Shown piece after piece: positions 63,813 through 64,000 of a stretch of DNA of 64,000 nucleotides. Both the position numbers and the translations under genes were made by a program. A model generated the notes under the pieces. The model was given only the letters and a program-made list of their open reading frames with translations. It searched no databases and was not told the origin of the DNA. Numbering within the stretch: the first letter of the stretch is position 1; each line of letters opens with the position of its first letter. This DNA comes from Tubulanus polymorphus. Its lineage: Eukaryota > Animalia > Nemertea. Location of the stretch: positions 3,596,001-3,660,000 of the forward strand of contig NC_134031.1 in NCBI RefSeq assembly GCF_964204645.1, given 5' to 3'.

Positions 63813-64000
63813 TTCACCATAAGATCCAGATAATACTGCATACTGGTATTCTTCACTGTTTTGAGCACGATCACACGGAGACGATTTGGCCCTGGACCGA
63901 ACCCGAGTCAAATTTTGTCCAGTGCTTCTTACCTCACAATCACTGGTTTATACCAGTAAGCGTTTTATGGAATTATTTTACCAGTGTAAAAATTTCAGGC

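Larger units (their letters stand above)
61074..64000. repeat. Tandem segmental duplication (unit 1: 61074-62941; unit 2 starts at 62942 and runs off the window)
   Basis: 61074-61161 matches 62942-63029 with a few substitutions; 61167-61328 matches 63839-64000 almost identically. Confidence 0.9.

Overview
Eukaryotic (metazoan, invertebrate-looking) genomic DNA with GT-AG spliceosomal introns and many MITEs; no prokaryotic features. I assembled the gene models by hand from splice sites, phase and recalled protein motifs. Left to right: (1) the first two coding exons of a PDE9-like cGMP phosphodiesterase (- strand; 29446-29560 and 507-656) separated by a ~28.8 kb intron; (2) head-to-head with it, a complete 13-coding-exon Polyhomeotic-like gene (+; 30612-41207; HD1, FCS zinc finger, SAM); (3) BCAS2/SPF27 (-; 46392-48608); (4) an intronless class A GPCR (+; 50382-51335); (5) selenoprotein F (+; 53223-56088) with an in-frame UGA/Sec codon and a form-II SECIS candidate that has a non-canonical UUGA core; (6) the last three exons of heparan sulfate 2-O-sulfotransferase (-; 59240-60577). 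The most interesting feature lies in the HS2ST intron: a same-strand nested gene encoding a secreted 18-Cys protein with three tandem inhibitor-cystine-knot (knottin) frameworks, a toxin-like 'triple knot'. It sits in a ~1.87 kb unit whose flank is tandemly repeated, which predicts another copy just beyond the window. There are also two Penelope-like retroelement remnants carrying minimal hammerhead ribozymes, one of them a 219-bp palindrome with two divergent hammerheads. All homology calls come from recalled motifs, not database searches.
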